DNA of 64,000 bases from Acanthaster planci. Lineage: Eukaryota. Shown here one piece after another: positions 54,101 through 64,000 of this stretch. The stretch lies in NCBI RefSeq assembly GCF_001949145.1, contig NW_019091359.1, forward strand, positions 2,120,540-2,184,539, in the 5' to 3' direction. A model generated the notes under the pieces. It saw nothing but the letters and a program-made list of their open reading frames with translations, had not been told where the DNA came from and ran no database searches. Each line of letters starts with the position of its first letter. Positions within the stretch are counted from its first letter, which is position 1. The translations under genes were made by a program, and so were the position numbers.

Positions 54101-57100
54101 TATCTGATTTTCAAGTCTATGAGAAAGCCGAAGAAAAAGTCGTTTTTGTTATTTAAAAGATTCTAGGTGAAATATATATAAACTAGTTTTGTTAAATTTT
54201 TCTTCTAGAAAAAAGCATTGTTCTTGAAAACATGAAGAGGAAAATTTGTGAACGATTCACTGTAAAGGGAACAGATGAGAAAAGCGATACACATTCGTTC
54301 GAACGAAAACAGCGTTCATTCGAATGAACAAAAAACTTTGTTCGAACGATTTGTTTTGTTTAAACGAAGTTTTTTCGTGGAACAACTTTGTTGTCCTTTT
54401 TTCTCACCTATGTCCGTTTAAGAGCTCCGTAGACATTTCATGATGGGGAATATTTAAAAAAAATAAAACTTGAAAAACGGAAGATATTTAATAAGTATAT
54501 TGCGACCAAACATTTGAATGCTCACATCTCACTGCCAAAACAGTCATATTTTTGTTTTTGATATATATAACAATTATAGCGTTGAAGTTATATGTATTCA
54601 GATCAATTTCCTCCACATAAAGTACCCTGTAACCAACAACAAATCTTTGATGTTGGATTACCAGCATATATTGAGGGTACTGCATAAAAACTCTAGATAC
54701 AGTTGTGTGATAGACATTACTTTAACACAATTTAACGGAGCAACTACCGAATTGGAGTCCTTAGATATTTAGAGAACTTCAAACATTGTGCAAGGAACTG
54801 TTCTATACCCCTTTAAGGCATTACATATGACGTCAACCACAGTCCCCGACATCCTGTATTTGAATTGATCTGTCTTTAATTAAGATAATAAAAGCTATAC
54901 AATATTTACTGACTTTTTGTGCTGTTGATATCCCGACCGCAATGGAATGGTCCTACACTTTGGTTACTGCTGACACGAACGCACCGTTCAGGCAAAATAT
55001 TGAGGGAAGTCAATGTGTTCTTGACAGTTTCAATTCGAAGTTTTTTTTATAGTTTTAACATATAGTCTTTCTTTATAGCAACGGGTAACGGGTGACAAGC
55101 ATGTTGAAGGGACATCCACTATTGTGTTATGTTAAAGAAGATACATATAAGAACAAGACAGTAAGCTCTCTAACGAAATAGGGAATTGAAAACCACGACG
55201 AAAATGCTACACTAGGATTTCTAGCATGTTGCTTAGTTTCTTGAAAACAAAATGTCACCAAAAGTCTGTTCCATATTAGCATCCCAACAAGAAATGCAGT
55301 AAATGTGAAACATTTCAATTGGAGCTGCTGTTTTTCAGTGCACTGGGAATTTCTTGTTTGTTTTTCGTTATTTTTGTATAGCATGTGCAATATCTTTGGT
55401 TTTTATATGTATAATTTTGTTTATTTTCCTAATCTTTTCTTGTAATAATACATATATTTTTAATCTGTTAAAAATCCCTGTAATTGGCGGCTTGCCGCTG
55501 TTGGGGATTTTTTTAAATAAATAAATAACATTATGGGGTCCGAGCGGGACCAAGAGAGGGTGCAATTTCCATAAGCAACGGAGGCTCCTTTGGTGGGAAC
55601 TGCACACCGCTGGTTCAAGAACGACTGTGCAACGCAATCGCTGCAGTCGCATCGCTACCAACAAAATGAACACCCCCGCCAAGCACGGCTCTGGCTTTTC
55701 AGCCGATAAGATGGTGCCTCTGCTCAAGGCGGACCGCAGATCGACGGGGTCTAAATACACTGAGCCATTTTACTGGTCAAGACATCCGGCTGACGTCCGA
55801 GGGGTATAGGCCTAGGCCAAATCTGACGGCAGCACTGTTTTAAAAGTTAGTGTAAAAATGGCACACCTGATTGGAAATATTGTACACTTTCGAAAAGACT
55901 TTCAAAATAAAGTCATGTTCACTGGAAAATACTAACAAAGAATTTTTTAGTATTTTCTAGTTTCCGCATACACCTTATCTGTCACTTTGTCTCAAATAAT
56001 TCTTGATAAAAAAAAGAGAAATTCGACAATTCAATAAAGGCCTTCACCTGAGAATCCCTATGACTTTTGAGGGAAAAAATCACAATATATTGCCTAGGAA
56101 TGTAATCTCTAAAAGTAAAAATTCTGCGCTTCTTGTTTCTAAACAGGGTCGCCCTCATTTAATACACGTCAATTATTCAATTACAGGAACAGACCGAATC
56201 GATAATAATATCATGGCAGCCAGGGCGAAACTGGTATCCGACACGGTCTGTATGTAACCAAGTGTTTGTCAGATTAAATAGGGTTGTTTACAATGTTTAA
56301 AACACGGGAACCGGGAAAACATATTGGTACCAGATGTGAGTAACAGCGACTCTCTTCCAAATGCCATGCACGGTATGCGCCTCCTTCTTGTATGCATCCT
56401 CGCACTGCTTCTCTGAAGGCAGCCAAGACGTCAGTCATCCTGTACACACACATTGCTGAGTGATCAGTAGGTACATCGCCGGCTCCTCGGTTCTTAGCAA
56501 ATACAGCATACAACACCTGCTCGTCTGCCTGGAGACCCCATGATGCTGCCAGATCAGGTCCTGCTGGTCCAAAGAAAGCTGCTTGCACCAAGCTGTACAC
56601 ACTACCATCTGATCCACTGCATTGTATGGTGATTTCAGTGTATGCATCAAGATCACGCGCTTCGTTGCATACACGACTTACTTTGGACACTGAAGTTCTG
56701 GCGTTGACGTCAACAGGTTGAAATGTGACAAAATATGTGAAACTATCCCATGAATAAATTGTAACATAGCTTACAGAAAAGTCCAGTGAAGCATAGTGAG
56801 AAAGCGTGATTGCACTTCCGTAGAAGTTGTATTCGAGGAAAGTGTTTCCCTCCAGATTTCTTCTACTTATTAGAGGGGCATTATAACGGTCAGGTGACTC
56901 TCCAACGATTAGATATCTTTCCCCACTGGTTATGATACCAACGGGAGAACTATTTCTCTCGGATACCACACCGGATCTAGAGCTGATCAAAACCTTGGCG
57001 ATGTCATTAAAATTTCGGAGCTCGCATATCCCTCTTGCACTACCACAGATGATCAAGCCGCGGGCAGAATCGATTATCAACAGTTTCGTATAATACGAAT

Positions 57101-57404
57101 CGCGCCTATCAGAAAACGAACGGTCACCGTATTCGTGAGTGATTATACCCTGCAACTGGTTGAAATCGCTGTCTAGCCTATAAGCGCGATTCACAGCGCC
57201 GATGTATACGTCGCGTGTACCCTGATTAATGGCTAACAAGTTGAACTTTGATTGGCGGGTATAAACGGTTTCTAACACCTCCGGATTTCTGAATGAAAGT
57301 TCTAGGTAGGCGGCCAGATCACCTTGCAACTCATTACTTGCCAACGGAGGAGCTGATAGTATGCTGACAAGGCACAATAACAGCAGTGCTAGAAGAACAT
57401 CCAT
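39198..57404 (-). CDS. Plexin-ectodomain / MET-RON-like receptor tyrosine kinase (Sema-PSI x3-IPT x4-TM-TK), isoform using the proximal Sema exon; one in-frame stop in the kinase
   Basis: Exons: 57404-56331, 53840-53640, 53412-53287, 52855-52740 (PSI1), 52631-52505, 52270-52114, 51743-51647, 51324-51207 (PSI2), 50780-50646, 50230-50135, 49784-49679, 49341-49163 (PSI3), 48545-48391, 48127-48013, 47645-47509, 47095-46931, 46704-46599, 46301-46074, 45413-45255 (IPTs), 44692-44488 (TM), 43032-42865, 42642-42562 (GQGAFGRV, VAVK), 42329-42148, 41282-41173 (HRDLAARN; TAA at 41216-41214), 40983-40821 (DFGLSRD, DYY, LPIKWMAPE), 40444-40308, 39504-39198. Confidence 0.85.
43688..44011. mobile_element. 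MITE family X copy 2, carrying a nested second MITE at 43706-43853
   Basis: Outer ends GGGCGATTCACAA|...|TAGTGCGCCTCC...GGCGCACTATTGTGAAACGCCCGTATT; inner TIRs TAGAGTACCGAAGTG...CACTTCAGTACTCTA. Confidence 0.8.
50384..50560. mobile_element. Palindromic MITE family X, copy 3
   Basis: AATACGGCCGTTTCACAATAGTGCGCCACC...GGTAGCGCACTATTGTGAATCGCCCGTATT. Confidence 0.85.
56331..57404 (-). CDS. Variable first exon V1: signal peptide + most of the Sema domain
   Basis: ATG, hydrophobic leader MDVLLALLLLCLVSILS, plexin-type Sema motifs (VYIGAVN, SKVSRVC, YTEITIQC, SAMCVYRM); phase-0 donor CTG|GTACCA. Confidence 0.85.
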
Positions 57405-58164
57405 GATGGAACCACAACATCAACACAATATCGCGATTTAAACGCATAAGCACTCAGTCGGATGTTTAGACCAAGTAACATTTTCATGGAAGAATGAATA
57501 CTTTGTTCAGAGCATGACCTTTTACAAGTAGTGAGAGGATGAATGAATTCGTCGACATGGGTGCCTAGTTTCCGGGTGTCAAAGTCCAGGTTAGTGAAGG
57601 GACACTAAAAACCAAAGATTTTCTTCCTCTCAAGAATTCGGACGTAGATCGTCTTTGGATAATGGGTTCAGAGCAAAATATCGCTCCCCTTGTGGCCAGG
57701 GGTTAGGCCACAAATGATTACTCGCCTTCCTAGCTTGTCGTATCAAACATAAACTTCAATGATGTTTTTTGGCAATTGAACAATTGAATGTAATTGAATG
57801 ATTCTATATTGATTCGGGCAATTCCACATACAACAAGACAGACACAGCGGACCGCTCAGGAGAACATCCCCAAGTTATCAACTTAATATGTTTTCTTATA
57901 CGGTTGTAAAGATTAAGACTCGTCGTGCATTGTTTTGGTGAATTTTGCGTCCCTACTTTATAATTGTGGCAAATACAAGGAAATAAGTGATCATCAAAAT
58001 GTAGAGTAATATCTCCTTGCATTGAGAGTTGGTGATACATGTACCGGGAAAGTAGTTGTGCCACTTTCGCTTCCCAACAACTAATAACCTAAGTAATATT
58101 TCGTATATGTGTTTACGCGCGATCACCCTAGAGACAACAGCAACCCCTGTCCATCGCTTCGTCT

Positions 58165-58475
58165 TTTTTATTTATTTATTTATTTTTTTTGGTTGATTTT
58201 TGTTTTAATGACGCTTCAGCCACTCACGCTATTTGTGCCAATAACTATAAGTTCCTTCATAACCTTTATCAATCGGCATCACATTACGGAGTTAGGAAGA
58301 AGGTCCAGTTTTAGAGGAGGAAACCGGAGTACCGAGAGAAACCCTGCGAAAGCGATTATGAACTGGAAACCAAATGCACTTAAAGCCTGGGCCAAAGCGG
58401 GACTCGAGCCCGGGCCTCACTGGTGCAAAGTGAGGAAACAACCGCTAAGCTAACCAGCTAGCCCGCTAACCCGCC
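58165..58475 (-). mobile_element. tRNA-derived SINE, third copy, between the V2 and V1 exons
   Basis: Matches 27481-27777 including the tail (GCCAATAACTA...TTCATAACCTTTAT..ATC.GCATCACATTACGGAGTTAGGAA). Confidence 0.8.
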
Positions 58476-60443
58476 CCCGGACACCATTGCCTGTGGGAGA
58501 TTTCAGCTTTAAGTGCTGTAGTCAGCGGCAAGCTGCCACAAACGGGTAGAATTTCCAACCCGGAAACTAAATTCGCAAACGACCCGGAAAGTAAATTCAC
58601 AAACGACTTCTTGAAAACAAGCCTTTATATTGGAGTCTGGGTTAATTTAGTTCAGCCGCGCAGTCCTTTCAAAAACTTCGCGTCAGCCCTCGTGCAAACA
58701 GTCCTCGGCATTTTGACAAATACAGTTTGTTCCGGCGATGCACTTTTGAAATTCCTGTAGGCCTATGGTCGCACACAATATTCCCAACAGTTGAGTCACC
58801 ATGGCTGCCTGTGTGATTTTGGTGGTTTTTAACCTTTCCGTGCCGTAGCACACTCTGGTAGCCAACTACCAGATAGCTTCTCTCTCGTATGAGAAAACCA
58901 AGAGATTATCTCGTGCATCATCACCGTAATCATCATTCCCCTTGACATTATATGTAGTCGTTGAGGGACCTTCGGTCAAAAGAAGCTGAGGTCCTTCTCT
59001 ATGCTGGTCCATCTGCAGCTTGCATCAAGATACATGTATTTCGTGATATGCCCGTCCATGTTTTTTTTCACATTATCTCCTCCGCTCGTCCGCTGCCTCC
59101 CTCCTTGGCGTCCTCTCGAGACGGTGCTTGTATATTTTATTTATCATTTGTTTTTCAAATTCAAGCAGGTGCGTGTGACATTATTGAAAGGGGCGGAATT
59201 TTCTCGGTGCCATTCCCGCTTGTCTGCGGTAGTACGACGAAATCCCTTTCAAGTCTGGTTTATATTCCTTTCAACGTGTTTAAAAATCTAAAACACAAAA
59301 TTCGACTATCTCAAAGATTTCAATGTTAAAATGGTTCGTTCTAAACTTTGTTCTCTTTTGTCCCCAAGCATTTTTATAACAGCAATTACAGGAGTGCCTC
59401 TTGATATTTTAGACTCTGTTTATTAGAATTGTATGAACTTTTTTCTCTCCTTCCCTGTCATTGCTTTGGTAGACAAGCTTGTTACAAAAGCATGTATATT
59501 TTTAGAAACACAAAAGGGGAACTGGTTCAATGAAATGATCAAGGAAATAACCTCAAAATAATAAATGTCACATGACGATGATCGAGACGGGTGAGTTAGC
59601 AATGCCCTCAGCGAAAATTAGGTGTGAATAAATATTGGGATTAATTTCATTAAAAGAAGAATTATTGTTAATCAGTAGGAAAAATCCTTACAACATAGAC
59701 AGGTTCCCGTCTTACAAACGTCCTCTGAGCGAAGGGATAGGTAGCGGGTAATGGTTCCGGAGGAATCCTGTCGATTTTATGTTAATGAGGAAATTAGCAC
59801 AAAACATTCCCAGAAAACAACACTGTCGCGTGATAAAACTTTGGAAGACTTTCTGAAATTGGTTAACACTCTCTCTACTGAGTCATTCCCCACGCAACAC
59901 AACTTTCAGACGTATTTATCTGCTTTCTAGGGGTATATAGCCGCATAAAAACGGGGGGGGGGTCCTGGATCCACCCCTGGTAAAATAGCAAAAGCAATTG
60001 CGCATGTGCTGAGCTAAACCAGCACAGGCCCCAAACACCAGCTAGGTACCGGGTCCTATATAATATAGGGACGGGGACAAGTCCACAAAAAACAGTGCAC
60101 AATATGAAAAGAAGACAAATTCAATTAAAGTCCGAAGCGGAATATCCAGGAAGAGAATCCAGGACGAAAACGTTTGAGATCATAACTTTGAGAAAAAGTG
60201 TAAAATCACTAAAATGAGACACTTGTTTATTAGAATAAATCAAATTATTTTTTTTCAGTCGGGATAGAGGGCATATACCCTTAAATGCGTTACATCAACG
60301 CCCTGTCAAATAAAAACCAAGTCCTGCTTGCATCCACAACGCTCACAACGCATCTGCGCACTGCCCCCATCAAGGCAAAGTCTGTTGTCTTTTTTATAGG
60401 ATAGTTACCGAATATCGAATAGAAAACGAGGTTATGAACATAC

Positions 60444-61484
60444 CGAATATGTGTTACACAAACTTCGTGCCAAATGCCACGCACGGTATGCATCTCCGTC
60501 CTGAATGCATCCTCGCACTGCTTCTCTGAAGCCAGCCAAGATGTCAGTCATCCTGTACACACACAATGCTGACGGCGCCATGGGTTCACCTCTAGGCTCT
60601 CTGGCAAACACAGCATACAGCGCCTGCTTGTCTGTATGGAGGCCCATAGTGGCCGCTAGATCTGGTCCTGCTGGTCCAAAGTGAGCCGCTTGCACCGAAC
60701 TGTACACTCTACCATCAGATCCACTGCACTGTAAAGCAACTTCTGTGTACGAGTCTAAAGTAGAGCTGTTTGGGCAAACACGACTTATCTTAGATGTGAA
60801 CTGGGCAAATTCAGATGTAACAAAGACAAAGTACGTGAAATGATCGAGAAAGATGTAGACGTAGTTTATCTGCGCATGACGAGTCGCTTTTGCAGAAAAA
60901 TGAACGACTTCGTTGTTTCTTGGCATGAACGAATTTTGTTTTAGACTCAGCCTCCGCAGGGGAGGTTTACGTATATTGCTGGATTGCTCGAAATAAGTTT
61001 GCGATGCTCCAACATACAGGTAATTCCAGGTTTGAGATGGACCAGGGCCCAAAATGCCAATGGTTGTCGCTTCACCAGATGACGCTAAGTGGATTTCATG
61101 AACACCTGAACTTTTGGAAAGATCTGCTGGAGTACGGAACTGGCAAGCCCCGCCATTTTCACTGCCGCAAGTAATCAGAACGTTGGTAGAGGAGTCGGTT
61201 ATCAAGAGCTTATTGAAGTTGGTGTCTGTCTCCGGAAGAGCAGTCGTGCTGACAGTCTGTGTAGGATACAGACTACTGTTCAATTTGTAGATCCAGTTCA
61301 GGGCACCGACATAGGCATGGTGTTGGTGGACAGCGAAATGGCTGAGTTGAGAGTTGGAGTTACCGCTTGGGTTTTGGTTTGTGAAGGAAGCCGTGATGTA
61401 GGCAGAGATAAGAGTGTGTCTCTCAGCTCCACATTCGTTGCAGAACTGGATAAGAAACAAAATCATCAGATAAATTAACTCCAT
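60444..61484 (-). CDS. Variable first exon V2: paralogous signal peptide + Sema exon with no downstream exons of its own
   Basis: ATG, leader MELIYLMILFLIQFC, Sema motifs (AYVGALN, SKISRVC, YTEVALQC, SALCVYRM); phase-0 donor TCG|GTATGT at the position equivalent to the V1 donor. Confidence 0.85.
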
Positions 61485-62489
61485 GACGACTGCTAAAATG
61501 ACCGCGCTGCTATAAACTTCAGTAGTTCTACCAATTGAGTTCCTTCTATTTGAGGGATTGACAAAGCCTTGCTTTCACAATTTAAATCTCACATACAATA
61601 TACTGCTCAGTGGTATTGTTTTAGTGATGAACTTGAAGATAGCCAAATGAACAGATGGCCTTGAGGAAACATGCCGCGCCATAATAAATAATAAAATTCA
61701 GAAAGTGTTTATTTAAATTTGTTTTTATAATACATGTAATTAGTTCCTTTTTCAGCGTCCTTGCCTTTTGCTTTATGCCGGAAATCATCGCGTTTCCAAC
61801 ATATTACAACAGTTCCGTCAAATCATTAGGAACGCGAAGTGCATTTTTGGATCTTGATATCTTTTTATCAAAATACCTTGGATGGGTTTCACTTCTTAAG
61901 ACAGCTAATGGAGTGGAATGAAACTGCACTGAAAAATATGTTTCTGATGTCTGTAGACTACTATAATTCCCCTTTAATCTCTGGGAAGTTGGGTTTGGCA
62001 CATCGGATACCCCCCTCGTGTGACTTGATGCACGGTTCGACTCTCACGTGATAAGGCATTGGAGTTTCCAGTCCCAATGCAATTCTGTTAGTTTTCCAAA
62101 GAATATCTGTCTGTGATTGTTAGAAGCGCTCTCGCTTATGGAAGTTCGGAAGACCCGATTCCCTTCTTTTTGGGGGCGTCATATTATGGAGAAGGGGTTC
62201 TCTCCTGGCAAAAGGGGAAAACAAAACAGAAACGACGGAAATGAAAAAAAGGAATTGAAGGAGATGAAATCGTAAAATTGCTTTAGTTAAAACCTGGAAT
62301 CTGACCCCCTCCACTGTTAATTATTTATCATTTCTTGGCTGATGAATGGTATGCCCGGAAATTCTTTTAAAGTTCTCATCTGTTAAAGTTTCCTCCCCTT
62401 TTAATTTCATTCACAATCATATTTACATAAAGAGGATTTTAGCCTGATTTTGGAGCACTTATATAATTTAGATCAGGGAGTTAATTAAG

Positions 62490-62760
62490 ATACTTCTGTG
62501 TGTCTGCAATGGAGGGGCACATGGAAAAACAACTTGAGGAGTTAATTCATGGCGATATCACGATCCACGGGCTGTCTGACAAAATCCAGGAGTGGAGTGC
62601 TCGTCACTTTCACCGACATCCCGAGCTGCTAGCAAACAAGGTCATCCCATGGGAGCCTTCCAACGACAGGCCAAGACGACGGTCAAGGTCCTCGTGGAAA
62701 ACACCAAAGTTGAACTTCAGGACTGAAGTAGACTGACCATCTGAATGGGTGACTGTTAAC
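62490..62760 (+). mobile_element. Degenerate 3' fragment of an RTE-like non-LTR retrotransposon ORF2
   Basis: Translation ...HFHRHPELLANKVIPWEPSNDRPRRRS resembles the GH..RH.E......LWEP..G.R.RGRP C-terminal motif of RTE-clade LINE ORF2 (recognised by eye). Confidence 0.5.
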
Positions 62761-63105
62761 CACGTGTGCCACAAGCCCAGGTTGGACGCTGTCTTCATTT
62801 CATAACGACTTTAGTACGGTCAGCTAGTCCACCTGGGCTGGTGTGCCACGGTCATTATGCATCGTGCTCGTCTCAAGCCATGATTTCAGTCATCTAACCG
62901 ACTGATATGCTGACTAAATCAAGATTGGGAAATTTAAATCTGCGAAATATTTCCCTTGCCCTTCTAAAACAGCGTCAGAGACTCGTACACGTCCGCGCAC
63001 CCAGTGAATTTTACTCAAGTTTTGTTTGTCTTCTAGATATTTTTTTAGCGCTCAGCTCGATGTGTTGTCACCTAGCGTGTCAACAGAGGGCGCTTTATTA
63101 ATTCT

Positions 63106-63113
63106 TCACGTGA
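63106..63113. promoter_or_regulatory. Palindromic E-box TCACGTGA (CLEAR/USF-type) upstream of the + strand ATG
   Basis: TCACGTGA ~55 nt upstream of ATG 63168; a second copy at 62044-62051. Confidence 0.4.
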
Positions 63114-63167
63114 TGTGATGTCAGACGAATCGGATGGGATGTGGCTTTGACCTTAGCTCTAGTAAAC

Positions 63168-63225
63168 ATGGCAGCTCAAGCCAAGCAAGGTTGGGATTTC
63201 GACAAATTCGACGACGGCTCTTTAA
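63168..63225 (+). CDS. Probable first coding exon of an unidentified gene (MAAQAKQGWDFDKFDDGSL...), continuing beyond the window
   Basis: Good Kozak context AAACATGG and consensus donor A|GTAAGT; without splicing the frame stops after 2 more codons. Confidence 0.55.
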
Positions 63226-63437
63226 GTAAGTGATCAAATTTCAGACATTTGGTACTGCCAGAGAGTTGATGGTGCATTCATTAAGTTTTTGTTGCAACTT
63301 GACTGTCGGGCTTAAGGCTTTCCACTTTGTTCAGACATGTCAGATTCGGATGCGTTTGCAATTGCATGGCTTATGCCATTAGGCCCATTTTTGGAATGCG
63401 ACCGTACTTCAATCATATTATTGAATGTGTGTGTTTA

Positions 63438-63804
63438 GCGCAATCTTGAACCTTGTGCAAATGTACTGTACTCCATCCTCAGTTGATCTGTTGATTTGCC
63501 TTTGAATAACATCTATTCACAGGATTGAAAAAATGTTGCATCTTGACTCCCGACTCCACTTCAGCAGTTGTGTACAAAGTCTATGGGGAGTGTCAGTGAA
63601 GAGAATTTTCCAAGTATTTCCAAACAACATTGGTAAATGTTTCTCTGTCCAGAATTTGTGTCTTTCCAGCATTTCTGTAATGACTGACTTTTATTGAGGT
63701 GATATGTGATGAGAAAAGTGGAGTCAGGATGCAACATTTTTTTCCCATAGGATAATCAACTCAGAACGGAGTACAATAAATTTATGCAAGGTTGAAGATT
63801 GCGC
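63438..63804. mobile_element. MITE with long imperfect TIRs
   Basis: GCGCAATCTTGAACCTTGTGCAAATGTACTGTACTCC...AAAAAATGTTGCATCTTGACTCC mirrored by GGAGTCAGGATGCAACATTTTTT...GGAGTACAATAAATTTATGCAAGGTTGAAGATTGCGC. Confidence 0.75.
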
Positions 63805-64000
63805 TTGACGGACTAATAATGTCTTTTGCCCGGTTTTGGCAATTTTCTAGACCTTTACTTCGTACATCATGTTCGTACATGTTGCACTTGGGTCATAACA
63901 CTGTGTGGGTAATTCCAGAAATTAGGGGTCCAAAAGTTTGACATTGTTGTGTCCCGGTTACATCTGACCTTTGTTATGGGGCAGCGCGGACATCCAGGAG

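Noticed and set aside
60444..61484. V2 as a separate complete semaphorin or plexin gene
   Set aside because: It encodes an incomplete Sema domain ending at a consensus donor, and no private downstream exons were found before V1.

Overview
Intron-rich, AT-rich animal genomic DNA. Gene content and repeat style suggest an invertebrate deuterostome, probably an echinoderm such as a sea star (inference). From left to right: (1) the 3' ~13 exons of a + strand NACHT/AAA-type NTPase plus TPR gene (TTC41/nephrocystin-3-like), ending at 15558. (2) Two tandem-duplicated minus-strand genes encoding secreted signal peptide-F5/8C(discoidin)-SRCR-SRCR proteins (18223-23914 and ~30039-34739). (3) A minus-strand receptor tyrosine kinase (39198-61484) with a plexin-type ectodomain (Sema, 3 PSI, 4 IPT), a TM helix and a MET/RON-type kinase. 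It has two paralogous, self-contained ~1.05 kb signal-peptide+Sema first exons (56331-57404 and 60444-61484) that end at the same codon in the same phase and share one set of downstream exons. This is a variable-exon/constant-region layout like clustered protocadherins. The kinase has one in-frame TAA just before HRDLAARN. (4) The probable first coding exon of a head-to-head + strand gene at 63168. Several SINEs, MITEs (some nested), a LINE relic and satellites are interspersed. All exon boundaries were read by eye from GT-AG sites and frame continuity.
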